64,000 nucleotides of DNA from Polyangiaceae bacterium (GTDB lineage: Bacteria; Myxococcota_A; Polyangia; Polyangiales; Polyangiaceae). The DNA is taken from the NCBI GenBank assembly GCA_033763455.1, contig JANRKO010000035.1:1-64000 (forward strand), read 5' to 3'. Position numbers and translations under genes: made by a program. This document shows positions 19,915-30,244 of this stretch, in pieces (the first letter of the stretch is position 1; each line of letters begins with the position of its first letter). The notes beneath the pieces are model-generated. The model did not search any database, was not told where the DNA came from, and saw only the letters and a program-made list of their open reading frames with translations.

Positions 19915-21801
19915 TTGGCCCGCTTCATCGACGAACTCAAACGCACCCATCACTGCGCCGCGATTCGCGCCGCCGATATTGGCAAAGAGGTTGTGCTTTT
20001 TGGCTGGGTTGCCAACCGGCGGGACCACGGTTCGCTGATTTTCGTCGACCTCCGCGATCGCGAAGGCGTGACCCAGATCGTGTTTGACCCGGATGCCTCC
20101 AAGCAGGCCCACGAGCTCGCCAATACCTTTCGTGGGGAGTGGGTAGTGGGTGTGCGCGGTCGAGTGCGGAGCCGTGGCGAACAGTTCAGTAAGAAGGAAG
20201 GGCGCTTGATGAGCGCTGCCAATCCGAACCTGCCAACGGGGGAGGTGGAGCTCGAAGTGCTGGAAGCTACCGTCTTCAACAAGAGCGAAACACCGCCTTT
20301 TGAGATTGAAGCACGCAGCGAAACTCGCGAAGAAGTGCGGCTCGAATACCGCTACCTCGACCTGCGCCGAGCCCCCTTGCAGGAAGCGCTCAAGCAGCGC
20401 CACCGAGTGAACCAGGCCACGCGCAATTACCTTTCCAACAACGGTTGCTTGGAACTCGAAACGCCCGTGCTCGTGAAATACACGCCGGGCGGCGCCCGCA
20501 ACTTCCTCGTGCCCTCTCGCCTCCACGCAGGAAAATTTTACGCGCTGGCCGAGAGCCCACAGCTCTTTAAGCAGCTGTTCATGGTGGCGGGCTTTGAGCG
20601 CTACTTTCAGATCGTCCGCTGCTTCCGCGATGAAGATTTACGGATCGATCGGCAGCCTGAGTTTACGCAGATCGACATTGAGCTCAGCTTCGTCAACCAA
20701 GACGACGTCTTTAGCCTCGTTGAAGGCCTCGTCTTCGAGATTTGGCGAGCTGCCCTCGGCGTCGATTTGAAGGAAAAATACCCTTCGGGGCACTTCCCGA
20801 GGATCAAGTTCGACGATGCGATGCGCGACTATGGCAACGACAAGCCAGACCTGCGCTTTGGGATGAAGCATGTGGATCTCACCGAATTGGTGATCGACCA
20901 CTCAGGCGGCGGCGTTGGCTTTTTTGCTCCCATCGCCGAGAAGTTCAAGAACGGAACTTACCGCCGAGATCTGCCCACGGAGATCGTAAAAGCGATGGTG
21001 ATTCCAGCGTCCGCGAACCTCACGCGTACCGACGGAGATAAGCTGGAACAGGCGGCCAAGGGCATGGGCGCCGCGGGCTTGGCACGAGCCAAGATCGGCC
21101 CGAACGGTGAATGGCTACAATCGCCACTGGCCAAGACTGTGACCGATGAATTCCGAACGGCCGTGAATCAGGCGCTCGGCGTCCAAGAAAACGACGTGGT
21201 GCTCTTCCAGTTTGGCCGCGCCGCGTTGGTGCACATGGTAATGGCGAATTTGCGGGTAATTCAGGCCAAAAAGATGGGCCTCATCCCCGAGGTCGGTCAC
21301 GGTGGCGACTTCAACTTCGCCTGGGTCGTCGACCCGCCACTCTTTGAATACGACGACGACACCAAGCGATGGGCCGCAGCCCACCATGCTTTCACGCGTC
21401 CCCACGACGAACACGTAGCGCTGCTCGAAAGCGATCCGGGCAAGGTGCTCTGTTACCGCTACGACCTCGTACTCAACGGTTTCGAAATCGCAGGCGGCTC
21501 CATTCGTTTGCACGATCCATTGGTGCAATCCAAGGTGTTCGCGGCGCTTGGGATCGACGCCAAAGAAGCCGAAGATAAGTTTGGGTTCTTGTTGAAAGCC
21601 TTGCGCTACGGAGCACCGCCGCACGGTGGCATCGCGCTTGGTATGGATCGCCTCGCTATGCTGCTCGGTGGTACGGAAAGCATCCGGGACGTGATCGCTT
21701 TCCCGAAGACTCAAAAGGGCACCGACGTGATGACCGAAGCTCCCGGCACCGTGTTGCCGGGCCAGCTGGCGGAGCTCAAGATCCGTTCAACGGCTGAATA
21801 A
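19915..21801 (+). CDS. aspS: Aspartate--tRNA ligase
   Basis: GWVANRRDHG..FVDLRDREG, RYLDLRR, PGGARNF, RCFRDED.R.DRQPEFTQ and PPHGGIALGMDR. Confidence 0.97.
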   Translation: MARFIDELKRTHHCAAIRAADIGKEVVLFGWVANRRDHGSLIFVDLRDREGVTQIVFDPDASKQAHELANTFRGEWVVGVRGRVRSRGEQFSKKEGRLMSAANPNLPTGEVELEVLEATVFNKSETPPFEIEARSETREEVRLEYRYLDLRRAPLQEALKQRHRVNQATRNYLSNNGCLELETPVLVKYTPGGARNFLVPSRLHAGKFYALAESPQLFKQLFMVAGFERYFQIVRCFRDEDLRIDRQPEFTQIDIELSFVNQDDVFSLVEGLVFEIWRAALGVDLKEKYPSGHFPRIKFDDAMRDYGNDKPDLRFGMKHVDLTELVIDHSGGGVGFFAPIAEKFKNGTYRRDLPTEIVKAMVIPASANLTRTDGDKLEQAAKGMGAAGLARAKIGPNGEWLQSPLAKTVTDEFRTAVNQALGVQENDVVLFQFGRAALVHMVMANLRVIQAKKMGLIPEVGHGGDFNFAWVVDPPLFEYDDDTKRWAAAHHAFTRPHDEHVALLESDPGKVLCYRYDLVLNGFEIAGGSIRLHDPLVQSKVFAALGIDAKEAEDKFGFLLKALRYGAPPHGGIALGMDRLAMLLGGTESIRDVIAFPKTQKGTDVMTEAPGTVLPGQLAELKIRSTAE

Positions 21802-21831
21802 AATCAGCTGGTTACGAAATTCGGCCAGGCT

Positions 21832-21860
21832 GCCGCCACTATTTACGTAAAAGTGGCGGC
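21832..21860. terminator. Palindrome/hairpin after aspS
   Basis: GCCGCCACT-A-TTTACGTAAA-AGTGGCGGC, a near-perfect palindrome. Confidence 0.55.
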
Positions 21861-22020
21861 GGTCGACGCCCTGTTCCAGCTGTGCGCGCTGCTCTCTAGT
21901 TAACCTGGCCCGCGCGCCCAAGCAGGTGAAAAGCCGCATTCCGCCCTATTTCTCGGGTACTTCGGGCAATCGATAGGGTAGCATCGTCGGTCGCATGCCC
22001 CTGGGAACGCTCGAGCTCGG

Positions 22021-23400
22021 ATGAGTGCCAAGATCCTCGTCGTTGACGACAGCCCAACCATTCGCAAGGTCGTTTCTTCGATCCTCGAGGCGCATTCCTA
22101 TGAAGTCTTGCTGGCGGGGGATGGGCGAGATGCGCTCACGGTACTCGGGCAATCTTCCGTGGATTTGATCATGCTCGATTTCGTGATGCCGCGGATGAAT
22201 GGCTTCCAGTTTTGTCGCGAGATACGCGGGCAAGATGCTTTGAAAGATTTGCCCGTGGTGCTGATGAGTGCCAAGGGCGACAAGATCCGGGGTCAATTCG
22301 TGCGCCAAACGGGCGCAATTGATTCGATCACCAAACCTTTCGATGCGCGCGGGCTGATCGCCGTGGTGGAAGGTGCCCTCAAAAAGAAGAACGAAGGGCG
22401 CACACGCGCCACCATCCGCCCCGATGAAGACGGGCCACTGGATTCTTCTGCAAGCGGGCTTCACCTCAGCGCGGATCCAGGAGCGCGCCGCGCCCAAGCC
22501 GTCAGCGAATTCGCACTGGAGTTGGCGCGGCAGCTCACGCCTTCGATGGCAAAATCAGCGGGGTTCCGGGGTGTTACGCCAGAGCAGATTTCTTCGGCTT
22601 TGCGCGATGCGGTTACGGCCGAAGCCGTCTCGCGTTTGGCCGGGCTTTTGAAGTCTGTTGAGTTTGGTGAAAATGAGCGACAGGTTCTCTCTGGAGATTT
22701 GAGTGTTGTCTCAGTCGCGGAGATCTTGCAGCTACTCACCTTTCAGCGAAAAAGTGGAGCGCTCAGCGTGTTTACGCAGACTGCAGAGGTGGTGCTCTTC
22801 TTACGCCAAGGCGACCTCGATTACGCCTCCTGGCGCGGGCTTACGGCTGAGTTCTTGCTGGGCAGATACTTAGTGGAAGAGGGTCTGCTCACCCGAGCAG
22901 AGCTGCAAACGGTGCTCGATAACCGCGCCGGCTCCAAGCGCCTTTTGGGGGAAACGCTAGTTGTTTTGGGGTTCGCTGATGAAGCTCAGATCCAAAAGGC
23001 ACTGGAGCGTCAGACCTCCGAGCTCGTCTACGAAGTAGTGCGCTGGACAAAAGGCCGCTTCGTGTTTCACGTAAACGTGGAAAACCCCATCGCCGAAAAG
23101 ACTCGTCTTGGTGCTCCCACGGGCGGGCTTGTGATGGAGGGCTTTCGCCGCGTGGATGAGTGGCGCGTTATCGAGGGCTCATTTGATTTTGAAGAAGTGC
23201 TCTATTGCGACCAATTGGGCCTTGAGCAGCTCGGCGATGCCTCGCAACTGACGCCCATGGAGCGCCGTGTTTTGGCTGCAATCGACGGTGAAAATACCGT
23301 GCGCGAAATCGTGGCTGACATGGGTGGGAGCTCTTTTGAGGTGTGCAAGATCCTGTATCAATTCCTGAACTCGCGCCTCGTGCGGCGCAAAGCGCAGTAG
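22021..23400 (+). CDS. Response regulator with DUF4388 domain
   Basis: KILVVDDS and DFVMPRMNG; LSGDLSVVSVAEILQLL...KSGAL, LGRYLV and MEGFRRVDEW. Confidence 0.88.
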   Translation: MSAKILVVDDSPTIRKVVSSILEAHSYEVLLAGDGRDALTVLGQSSVDLIMLDFVMPRMNGFQFCREIRGQDALKDLPVVLMSAKGDKIRGQFVRQTGAIDSITKPFDARGLIAVVEGALKKKNEGRTRATIRPDEDGPLDSSASGLHLSADPGARRAQAVSEFALELARQLTPSMAKSAGFRGVTPEQISSALRDAVTAEAVSRLAGLLKSVEFGENERQVLSGDLSVVSVAEILQLLTFQRKSGALSVFTQTAEVVLFLRQGDLDYASWRGLTAEFLLGRYLVEEGLLTRAELQTVLDNRAGSKRLLGETLVVLGFADEAQIQKALERQTSELVYEVVRWTKGRFVFHVNVENPIAEKTRLGAPTGGLVMEGFRRVDEWRVIEGSFDFEEVLYCDQLGLEQLGDASQLTPMERRVLAAIDGENTVREIVADMGGSSFEVCKILYQFLNSRLVRRKAQ

Positions 23401-23403
23401 GCC

Positions 23404-24663
23404 TTGGCGAGCTTTTGGGTGTGTGCACCCCTCGGCGCGTCCGCGGGCGCGGACGAAGTGGACGCCGTGCAAAGCCTCTTTCGGACAACGGACTCCCTGT
23501 TTGAGGTGAAGGAAGAGTTGGCGCGCAGCTATGCTCGCATTTGGGTGGTTCGAGAGGGGCCTTGGGGCCCCGTTGTGGGAGCCCTATTGGCCTGGTTCGC
23601 TGCCGATGAAATGCAAGTGTTGCACGTCGCCTGCGCCGAGGCCGCGCGCCGAAAGGGCGTCGGAAGCCTGCTCTTCAGCACGGCCCAAAGAGAGGCCATC
23701 TTGCGCCATTGCAGGCTGATATTGCTGGAAACTCGGCGATCCAACACACCGGCCATCGCTCTTTACAAACGCTTTGGATTTGAAACAGTCCGTGAGCGCC
23801 GTGCCTATTACCAAACGCCCACAGAAGATGCTCTGGAGATGGCCTTGACTCTCAAGATCCCTAAACAACTTAAGCGCGTAAAGCTGCTCAATAGAACCGC
23901 CATTGGAGAATCCTACCAGGTTCTCACCTTCGATGATCCTTCCGAAACATTGGCCGAGCCAGGCCAATTTGTAATGGTGCGCGGGGAAGATTGGGGTGAG
24001 GCTCCACTTTTGGCGCGCCCGATGAGCTACCTTTCGGCTGGCAAACAGCCATCCATCTTGATCAAAGTGATAGGCAAAGGCACGTTGGCCATGGCGCGTG
24101 CGGAAGCCGGTTCTTGGTTCACGCTCATGGGGCCACTCGGTACGCGCTGGCGCGACCCAGACCCAGCTCGAAAAGTGGTGCTCGTGGGCGGCGGGGTTGG
24201 AATAGCTCCTCTGCTCTTTTTCGCTGAAAAGCTCAAAACTTCGGGCATTTCTTGCACCACTATCTACGGCGGGCGCAGCGATAAAGACCTACCTTTGCTC
24301 GAAGAATTGAGGAGTTTGAGCGAGGTCGTGGTGACCACCGAAGACGGCTCCCTTGGGACCCGCGGTCGTGTTACTGAAGCGCTCGCGGGGCTCTTGCAGG
24401 GCTCGGTACAGGTTTACACCTGCGGGCCTGACCGCATGATGGCTAAAGTTGCCGAGATGTGCCGTGAGGCGAACACTCCGTGCGAAGTGTCGCTCGAAAC
24501 GCCGATGGCCTGTGGTTACGGTGTCTGCCTAGGTTGTCCCGTACCCACCCACGACGGCAAGTATTTATATGCGTGTGTGGAAGGGCCCTGTATCGACTCC
24601 GATCGTGTAGATTTCGCCCGAGCGGGGCACGCCCCCGTGCGCAAAGAGGCGGTGCACAAGTGA
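23404..24663 (+). CDS. pyrK: In-frame fusion of RimI-like GNAT and dihydroorotate dehydrogenase electron-transfer subunit
   Basis: N-terminal RRKGVG, LETRRSNTPAIALYKRFGF and RRAYY..EDALEM; C-terminal PGQFV, RPMS, GGGVGIAP, CGP, MACGYGVCLGC and CVEGP. Confidence 0.85.
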   Translation: MASFWVCAPLGASAGADEVDAVQSLFRTTDSLFEVKEELARSYARIWVVREGPWGPVVGALLAWFAADEMQVLHVACAEAARRKGVGSLLFSTAQREAILRHCRLILLETRRSNTPAIALYKRFGFETVRERRAYYQTPTEDALEMALTLKIPKQLKRVKLLNRTAIGESYQVLTFDDPSETLAEPGQFVMVRGEDWGEAPLLARPMSYLSAGKQPSILIKVIGKGTLAMARAEAGSWFTLMGPLGTRWRDPDPARKVVLVGGGVGIAPLLFFAEKLKTSGISCTTIYGGRSDKDLPLLEELRSLSEVVVTTEDGSLGTRGRVTEALAGLLQGSVQVYTCGPDRMMAKVAEMCREANTPCEVSLETPMACGYGVCLGCPVPTHDGKYLYACVEGPCIDSDRVDFARAGHAPVRKEAVHK

Positions 24664-25565
24664 CGGACCTTTCTGTAAAAATTGGGCAAGTAACCCTCAA
24701 AAACCCGATCCTTACGGCTTCGGGCTGCTTTGGGTACGGCCTCGAATACGACGATTTCTACGACGTGGCGGAGCTCGGCGGTATCTGCACCAAGGGCCTG
24801 AGCTTGCACCCGCGCGCCGGAAACCCTCCCGAACGCATCTGCGAGACCTCCGCTGGAATGCTGAACGCAATCGGCCTTGCCAACGTAGGCGTGGAGGCTT
24901 TCTGTACGGAGAAGCTCCCAAAGTTAAGAGAGCGCGGCGTCACGGTCATCGCCAACATCTTCGCGAGCAGCGTTGATGATTTCGTTACAATCACGCGCCG
25001 CTTGGAGAGGGAGACCGGCGTTACTGCCATTGAGCTCAATGTATCTTGCCCCAACGTAACCCACGGCGGCATTGAGTTTGGGCGCGATGCGGGCCTGGCT
25101 TCGGAAGTCACACGTCGTGTGCGCGACGCCACACGCTTGCCTATTTGGGTCAAAATGAGCCCCGAGGCAGGGGATTTTGCGGGAGTAGGCCAGGCGTGCG
25201 AGGCGGCGGGGGCCGATGCGCTTACCGCCATCAACACCATCCGCGGCATGTCCATTGATGTGCGTACCAAACGCTTGCGGTTGGCCAACCGCACGGGGGG
25301 AATGAGCGGCCCAGCTCTGAAGCCAATTGCCCTCCGCATGGTGTGGGAGCTGAAGCGCGCCGTTTCGATTCCCATCATTGGGATCGGGGGCGCCACGAAC
25401 GCCGAAGACGTAATCGAATTCATGTTGGCGGGTGCGAGCGCCGTGCAGCTTGGGACGGTGAATTTTTACGACCCAGGCGCGGGCATCAAAGCTGTGCGAG
25501 GTCTTGAGTCCTATTGCAAGGAGCAAGGCGTGAACGCCCAAGAGCTGGTGGGTCAGGCCCAATGA
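24660..25565 (+). CDS. pyrD: Dihydroorotate dehydrogenase, family 1B catalytic subunit
   Basis: LKNPILTASG, GMLNAIGLAN, ELNVSCPNV, VKMSP, INTI and GGMSGPALKP. Confidence 0.95.
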   Translation: MTDLSVKIGQVTLKNPILTASGCFGYGLEYDDFYDVAELGGICTKGLSLHPRAGNPPERICETSAGMLNAIGLANVGVEAFCTEKLPKLRERGVTVIANIFASSVDDFVTITRRLERETGVTAIELNVSCPNVTHGGIEFGRDAGLASEVTRRVRDATRLPIWVKMSPEAGDFAGVGQACEAAGADALTAINTIRGMSIDVRTKRLRLANRTGGMSGPALKPIALRMVWELKRAVSIPIIGIGGATNAEDVIEFMLAGASAVQLGTVNFYDPGAGIKAVRGLESYCKEQGVNAQELVGQAQ

Positions 25566-26827
25566 GGTGGCAGCGGCCGGCAAAGGTGTGGCTTTCAGTC
25601 GCCCTGGCCGGCTGCGAACCGGAAAATGTCGCCACCCTTCAAGAACCGCCGAGCGAGCGCAGCCCGAACGCCAAGATCCAACCGGCACCGCTCGCGCCCT
25701 CCAAGGGCAGCAAGGCGGATCTTGGAAGTGCCGGAGGGAAGGCGCATGCCGGTGGCATCACGGACGCGGCTGAACTCAAGTCTGTGCGGGACGATCAACC
25801 CGTGCCCGCCGCGCCTCTGACAGCGAGCGAGCCTGAAACCTTGCAGCTGCAAGCACGATTTCAGTGGTTCGATTTGCCGCCCAGCGGAACTGTTCGCGAT
25901 GTGCAACGCAGCACACTCGACCGGCTTGCTCGGCGTACGGCGCTCAACATGAGCCTCATCCTCACGCACGGAGGGCGGCTGCGGATCCGCTTCGACTCTG
26001 CCGGATTCATGTTCCCCGATCAAAGCGAAGTGCAGGCGCGCAGCGATCTACTTGGCCACATTCTGGTTTGGCCCAAAGGTGGAACCTACCGAACGCTGCC
26101 TTTGGGCTCACTCCGCGCGGTGTTCCTGGAGCGGCGCGTGGACGTGACACCCCTCAGCAGCCCTGCGGTGGCACAGCGGGTGGGCGCCGGGCGAGCCTTC
26201 GAGCAACCCGCCGAGCAGAGCGAGTTGAAGACGAGCCACGGCAAGGTTCGGCTGAATGGCGCGCAAATTGCCGGGTTTGAGGCGTCTGGAGCTGTCTTGT
26301 GTCGGTTTCTCGCGGAGCTCATCGGCGCCACTCCCGACAACCCCATCTGTGAAAGTGGGCTCGTTCCGATACGGGCTGATTACCAGTGGGAGCGTGGGGG
26401 GCAGCTCGCGTTCATTGTTGAGAGCTTGCAACGGCATGTGGATCCGGACACACCCCCACTCCAGGTGCCCCCGAGCGATGCCCGCTTCACGCAGGGCGAG
26501 TGGCCTCACCAAGATCCGCTCCTTGCCGATTCAGACACCCTCAATGCGCTCCGCGCCTCTTTCGGTAGCGAAGAAGCAAAAGGCCACGGCCTCAACATCT
26601 TTAACAACACCAAGCTTTTGCGCTACGTGCTTATCGACACCACGCCCGTGGCGCTACTCGCTCCCGGTACCACCCTGCGGGTAGAGGTTCCTGCCGGCCG
26701 CTACCAACTCCAACTCCGCGACTTTTTCGGGCAAGACGCACTTTTACCCAGGATCGTTACCGCGCCCACGCGCGTCACCGCCGCACCCGAAGTCAGCCCC
26801 AGTGCGGACTCGGAACCGAAGCGCTAG
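25562..26827 (+). CDS. Hypothetical exported protein or lipoprotein
   Basis: ATGA overlap with pyrD; lipobox-like ALAGC. Confidence 0.65.
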   Translation: MRWQRPAKVWLSVALAGCEPENVATLQEPPSERSPNAKIQPAPLAPSKGSKADLGSAGGKAHAGGITDAAELKSVRDDQPVPAAPLTASEPETLQLQARFQWFDLPPSGTVRDVQRSTLDRLARRTALNMSLILTHGGRLRIRFDSAGFMFPDQSEVQARSDLLGHILVWPKGGTYRTLPLGSLRAVFLERRVDVTPLSSPAVAQRVGAGRAFEQPAEQSELKTSHGKVRLNGAQIAGFEASGAVLCRFLAELIGATPDNPICESGLVPIRADYQWERGGQLAFIVESLQRHVDPDTPPLQVPPSDARFTQGEWPHQDPLLADSDTLNALRASFGSEEAKGHGLNIFNNTKLLRYVLIDTTPVALLAPGTTLRVEVPAGRYQLQLRDFFGQDALLPRIVTAPTRVTAAPEVSPSADSEPKR

Positions 26828-26828
26828 C

Positions 26829-27488
26829 TCAATTCAGTCCGTGGCCGAACTCTGCCGCGTAATCGTTCTCGCTGAATTCAACATCCGCGTATCCGCGCGC
26901 GCTCATCCTGAGCCGCAACGCTTCAACGGCTATTTCGAGCGCCTCAAGCCGAGTGGTGAGTAAGTAGAACTCCGCTTCGGGCACAGGTGGTGCCTCGCTC
27001 AGCCTAAAATCTAGGGCTTCGCGATCTTCGGGCGCAACGCGCAAGTGCGAACGTGGGCCATCGTGTTCGGTGGTGTTAAAAAGCGCGTCATATGCGACAC
27101 CAATTGGGTTGAACCACAGGAAAACGCTGCGCAAACACAGCTGCCAATCGTGAACGTTGGGTGCACTTGCCCGCCACATCCCAAAGTGTGCTTTGCGCAC
27201 AACTTCTCCGAAGTACGCACCCACCACGCGAGCCAACAGCGGACCAAGCTCAGGCTTTGCGGAAAGCTCCCCCCTGACGCCGGCGATGTAGTGGTCCAGC
27301 AGGGGGAGCGTCTCAGGGGTGAAATCCAGCGGCACCTTCAGCGACCGCCAGACATACTGGACGCATGATCCGCATAGCTCAGCAACGTGATCGGGCACGT
27401 CAATAAGGGTGATCGGGGCGGGTAAGTCCGAGGAGGCATCGTCGAAGGACTGGGGGGAGCGGGAGTCGTCGTCAGAAGGAGGCACCAC
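26829..27488 (-). CDS. Hypothetical protein
   Basis: LDFTPETLPLLDHY...GAYFGEVVR conserved-looking core; GTG start 6 nt after TATGCT. Confidence 0.7.
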   Translation of the reverse strand: MVPPSDDDSRSPQSFDDASSDLPAPITLIDVPDHVAELCGSCVQYVWRSLKVPLDFTPETLPLLDHYIAGVRGELSAKPELGPLLARVVGAYFGEVVRKAHFGMWRASAPNVHDWQLCLRSVFLWFNPIGVAYDALFNTTEHDGPRSHLRVAPEDREALDFRLSEAPPVPEAEFYLLTTRLEALEIAVEALRLRMSARGYADVEFSENDYAAEFGHGLN

Positions 27489-27722
27489 GCGGCCAGCATA
27501 GCCGAAAAGAGCTGCGAAACTCCCGCAATCCCTCCGTGCGGGGAGCAAAACAAAGTGCTCGGCCCCAAAATCGCGGGAACTTCCTGAAGCGGCCAAAGAG
27601 GCAGCGCGGCGTCGATTGCGGGCATGGCCGAACCGGCGCGTTTCGGCAAAAGCTAAACAAATCGGGGCGAATACCAGCCGGGGGGCTTGGATCTGGCGCC
27701 AGCGTGTTATCGTTTGTGCTCT

Positions 27723-28460
27723 ATGCGCATTGGCATCCTCAGCGACATCCACGCCAACTACGAGGCGCTGAGTGCCGTGCTAGAGGCGTTCAAGGGTGAA
27801 CGCATCGACAAATATTTCTGCCTCGGGGACACCGTAGGTTACGGAGGGTCACCTAACGAGTGCGCTGACATCGTTCGCGGTCTCGTGGAAGCCACTATCT
27901 TGGGCAACCACGATGCAGCTGTGGCAAGCCGTATGGACTACTCGTACTACTACGAGGCTGCACGGCACGCGCTCGATACGCACGCACGCATGATCTCAAA
28001 AGAGAACATGGAGTGGCTGAAAGGCCTCCCCTATCAGATCCGCCTGGACGCGATTAACGTGCTCCTGTGCCATGGGTCGCCCGTGCGGCTTGAGGAATTT
28101 GAGTACATCTTTGCACCGGAACAGGCGCGCGAGTGTCTCCCCATTTACGAATCCTTGGGCCACATCACGCTCATAGGCCATTCGCATCTGTGCAAGGTTT
28201 TTGAACTCAAGAACAACACCGTGGAAGAGCAGCCACCGATTGATTTTGTGCTGGAACCCGACAGCAAATACATAGTGAGTGTGGGCAGCGTGGGTCAGCC
28301 GAGAGATTACGATAACCGCGCGAGCTACACCGTGTACGATTCAGACGCTCGTCGCTTTGAATTCAAGCGTATCGAATACGACATTGAGACGGCGGCGGAC
28401 AAAGTCCTGCGCGCCAAACTGGAGCGCACCTTCGCGCATCGGCTCTTTATCGGCGTTTAG
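27723..28460 (+). CDS. Metallophosphoesterase family protein
   Basis: SDIHAN, GDTVGYG, GNHD, HGSP, GHSH and GSVGQPRD. Confidence 0.93.
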   Translation: MRIGILSDIHANYEALSAVLEAFKGERIDKYFCLGDTVGYGGSPNECADIVRGLVEATILGNHDAAVASRMDYSYYYEAARHALDTHARMISKENMEWLKGLPYQIRLDAINVLLCHGSPVRLEEFEYIFAPEQARECLPIYESLGHITLIGHSHLCKVFELKNNTVEEQPPIDFVLEPDSKYIVSVGSVGQPRDYDNRASYTVYDSDARRFEFKRIEYDIETAADKVLRAKLERTFAHRLFIGV

Positions 28461-28573
28461 GACCCGCCGGTGCATCCAGCGCGCACGGCACTTTGCCGGC
28501 GTTTAAGGCCCGCCGGAGCTTTCACCGCGGCTCCGTTCTTTATTGGCGTTTAGGCTTCGGCCGGAGCTTCCAC
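28445..28573. repeat. Degenerate ~46-bp tandem repeat, 3 copies
   Basis: CTTT..YGGCGTTTA.G..C.GCCGG.GC.T.CA starting at 28445, 28491 and 28538. Confidence 0.7.
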
Positions 28574-30115
28574 TCGCAGAGGCGCTATCGACCAGATGGT
28601 GCCCTCGGGCGAATCCTGCAGATCAATGCCCAAAAGGGCGAGCTCCTTCCGTAGTTCGTCCGCGCGCGCGAAGTCTTTGGCATCGCGCGCTTCGATGCGA
28701 GCGCGCACCTTTTCTTCAACGCTCTGTTCGGTGAGACCACGCAAAGCTATGCGTTTCTTTCGCGTTCGAGCGCGGTATGCTTCCGCGCTTGCCTGTAGGA
28801 GGCCAAGGCTTGACGTAGTCCGAATGAGGGCCCTTTTTAGATCGCGCGCCACAAAGCCAGCGTTCATAACAAACCCGGCATCTTTACGGCGTTTTTTGAC
28901 CAAATCCGCCAACTCGTTGCCGAGCTTGGCAAGCTCACCGATGGCTGCCAAGGCCACCGCGGTATTGAGATCGTCGTCCATGGCCGCGGCAAAACTTGCT
29001 TCGGTCTTGCTGGCCGCATTCTGGAAGTGGGTCAGATCGGTGGGCAGCTTCTGTGGCTCAACATCGGTGGCGAGGCCGTTGAGGCGGGTGAGCGTTTCGT
29101 AAAGATAGTCCACACGCGCTTCGGCTTCTTCGATACCGGGAAACACCACGCGACCGTTGTCAAAACGATGAGTTTCGAACTGCATGGGGCCGCGATAGTG
29201 CACAGTAAGTAAGAACCAGCGGAACGCCTCAGGATCATTGCGCTCAAAAATGTCGCGCACTCGCACGAAATTCCCGAGAGATTTGCTCATTTTCTCTTTG
29301 TCGATGTTCAAAAATCCATTGTGCAGCCACAACCGCGCCATCGGCCCGCAACCGGGGCACGCCGCCTCACTTTGGGCGATCTCGTTTTCATGATGGGGGA
29401 AAATGAGATCCATTCCGCCCGTGTGAATGTCAAAGCCGTGACCCAAATATTCGGCGCTCATCGCAGAACACTCAATGTGCCAGCCGGGGCGCCCGTGGCC
29501 AAACGGGCTCTCCCACCCCATTTGATCGAGCGGTGCACCTTTCCACAAAGCGAAGTCGAGTGGATCGTGCTTGTTCTCGTCCGCTGAAACCCGAGCACCC
29601 ACAAGTAAATCTTCGATCTTCCGGCGGCTGAGCTTGCCGTAATCCTTGAAACCTCGCACCGAAAAATAGACGTCACGAGTGCCGTTAGGCATGTCCACAG
29701 TGTAGGCACTTCCCGACGCAATGAGCTTCTGAATCAGGCGAATAATCGCGGCAATATGCTCGCTCACCTTCGGCTCGTGATCGGGCACCAGGCAGCCGAG
29801 CGCTTGCATTTCTTCCTGGTAGATATCGGCCATGCGAGCAGAAAGCTGTAGCGGCGGCTCCCCTGTTTCGGCGGAGCGGTTGAGGATCTTGTCGTCTACG
29901 TCAGTCAAATTCCGAACGTAGGTAACCTGCAGACCCTTCTCCTTGAGCCAGCGCACCAAAATGTCTGGGGTGAGGGCCGCGCGCGCGTGCCCCGCGTGCG
30001 GGAAGTCGTAGGTAGTGGGGCCGCAGCAGTAGATGGTGGCCTTACCCGCTTCCCGAGGAGCGAACGTTTCGGTGGTACGGCTGAGCGTGCTGTAAAGCTT
30101 GGGCAGTTGGGTCAT
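28550..30115 (-). CDS. cysS: Cysteine--tRNA ligase
   Basis: CGPTTYD, HAGH, DFALWK, GRPGWHIECSAM, DLIFPHHENE and KMSKSLGN. Confidence 0.97.
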   Translation of the reverse strand: MTQLPKLYSTLSRTTETFAPREAGKATIYCCGPTTYDFPHAGHARAALTPDILVRWLKEKGLQVTYVRNLTDVDDKILNRSAETGEPPLQLSARMADIYQEEMQALGCLVPDHEPKVSEHIAAIIRLIQKLIASGSAYTVDMPNGTRDVYFSVRGFKDYGKLSRRKIEDLLVGARVSADENKHDPLDFALWKGAPLDQMGWESPFGHGRPGWHIECSAMSAEYLGHGFDIHTGGMDLIFPHHENEIAQSEAACPGCGPMARLWLHNGFLNIDKEKMSKSLGNFVRVRDIFERNDPEAFRWFLLTVHYRGPMQFETHRFDNGRVVFPGIEEAEARVDYLYETLTRLNGLATDVEPQKLPTDLTHFQNAASKTEASFAAAMDDDLNTAVALAAIGELAKLGNELADLVKKRRKDAGFVMNAGFVARDLKRALIRTTSSLGLLQASAEAYRARTRKKRIALRGLTEQSVEEKVRARIEARDAKDFARADELRKELALLGIDLQDSPEGTIWSIAPLRVEAPAEA

Positions 30116-30244
30116 GCGGGAACGGCGAAAAACGTATCTTGGGCACAGGCGCGGGTCGAGGTCCCGAAGTTGAGCGAGGTGCCCGGCGGCTCCAAGGTCA
30201 CTCTGGCGAGGCCACAAAGTTCGGCCGAGCCGTGGCGTTCTGGG

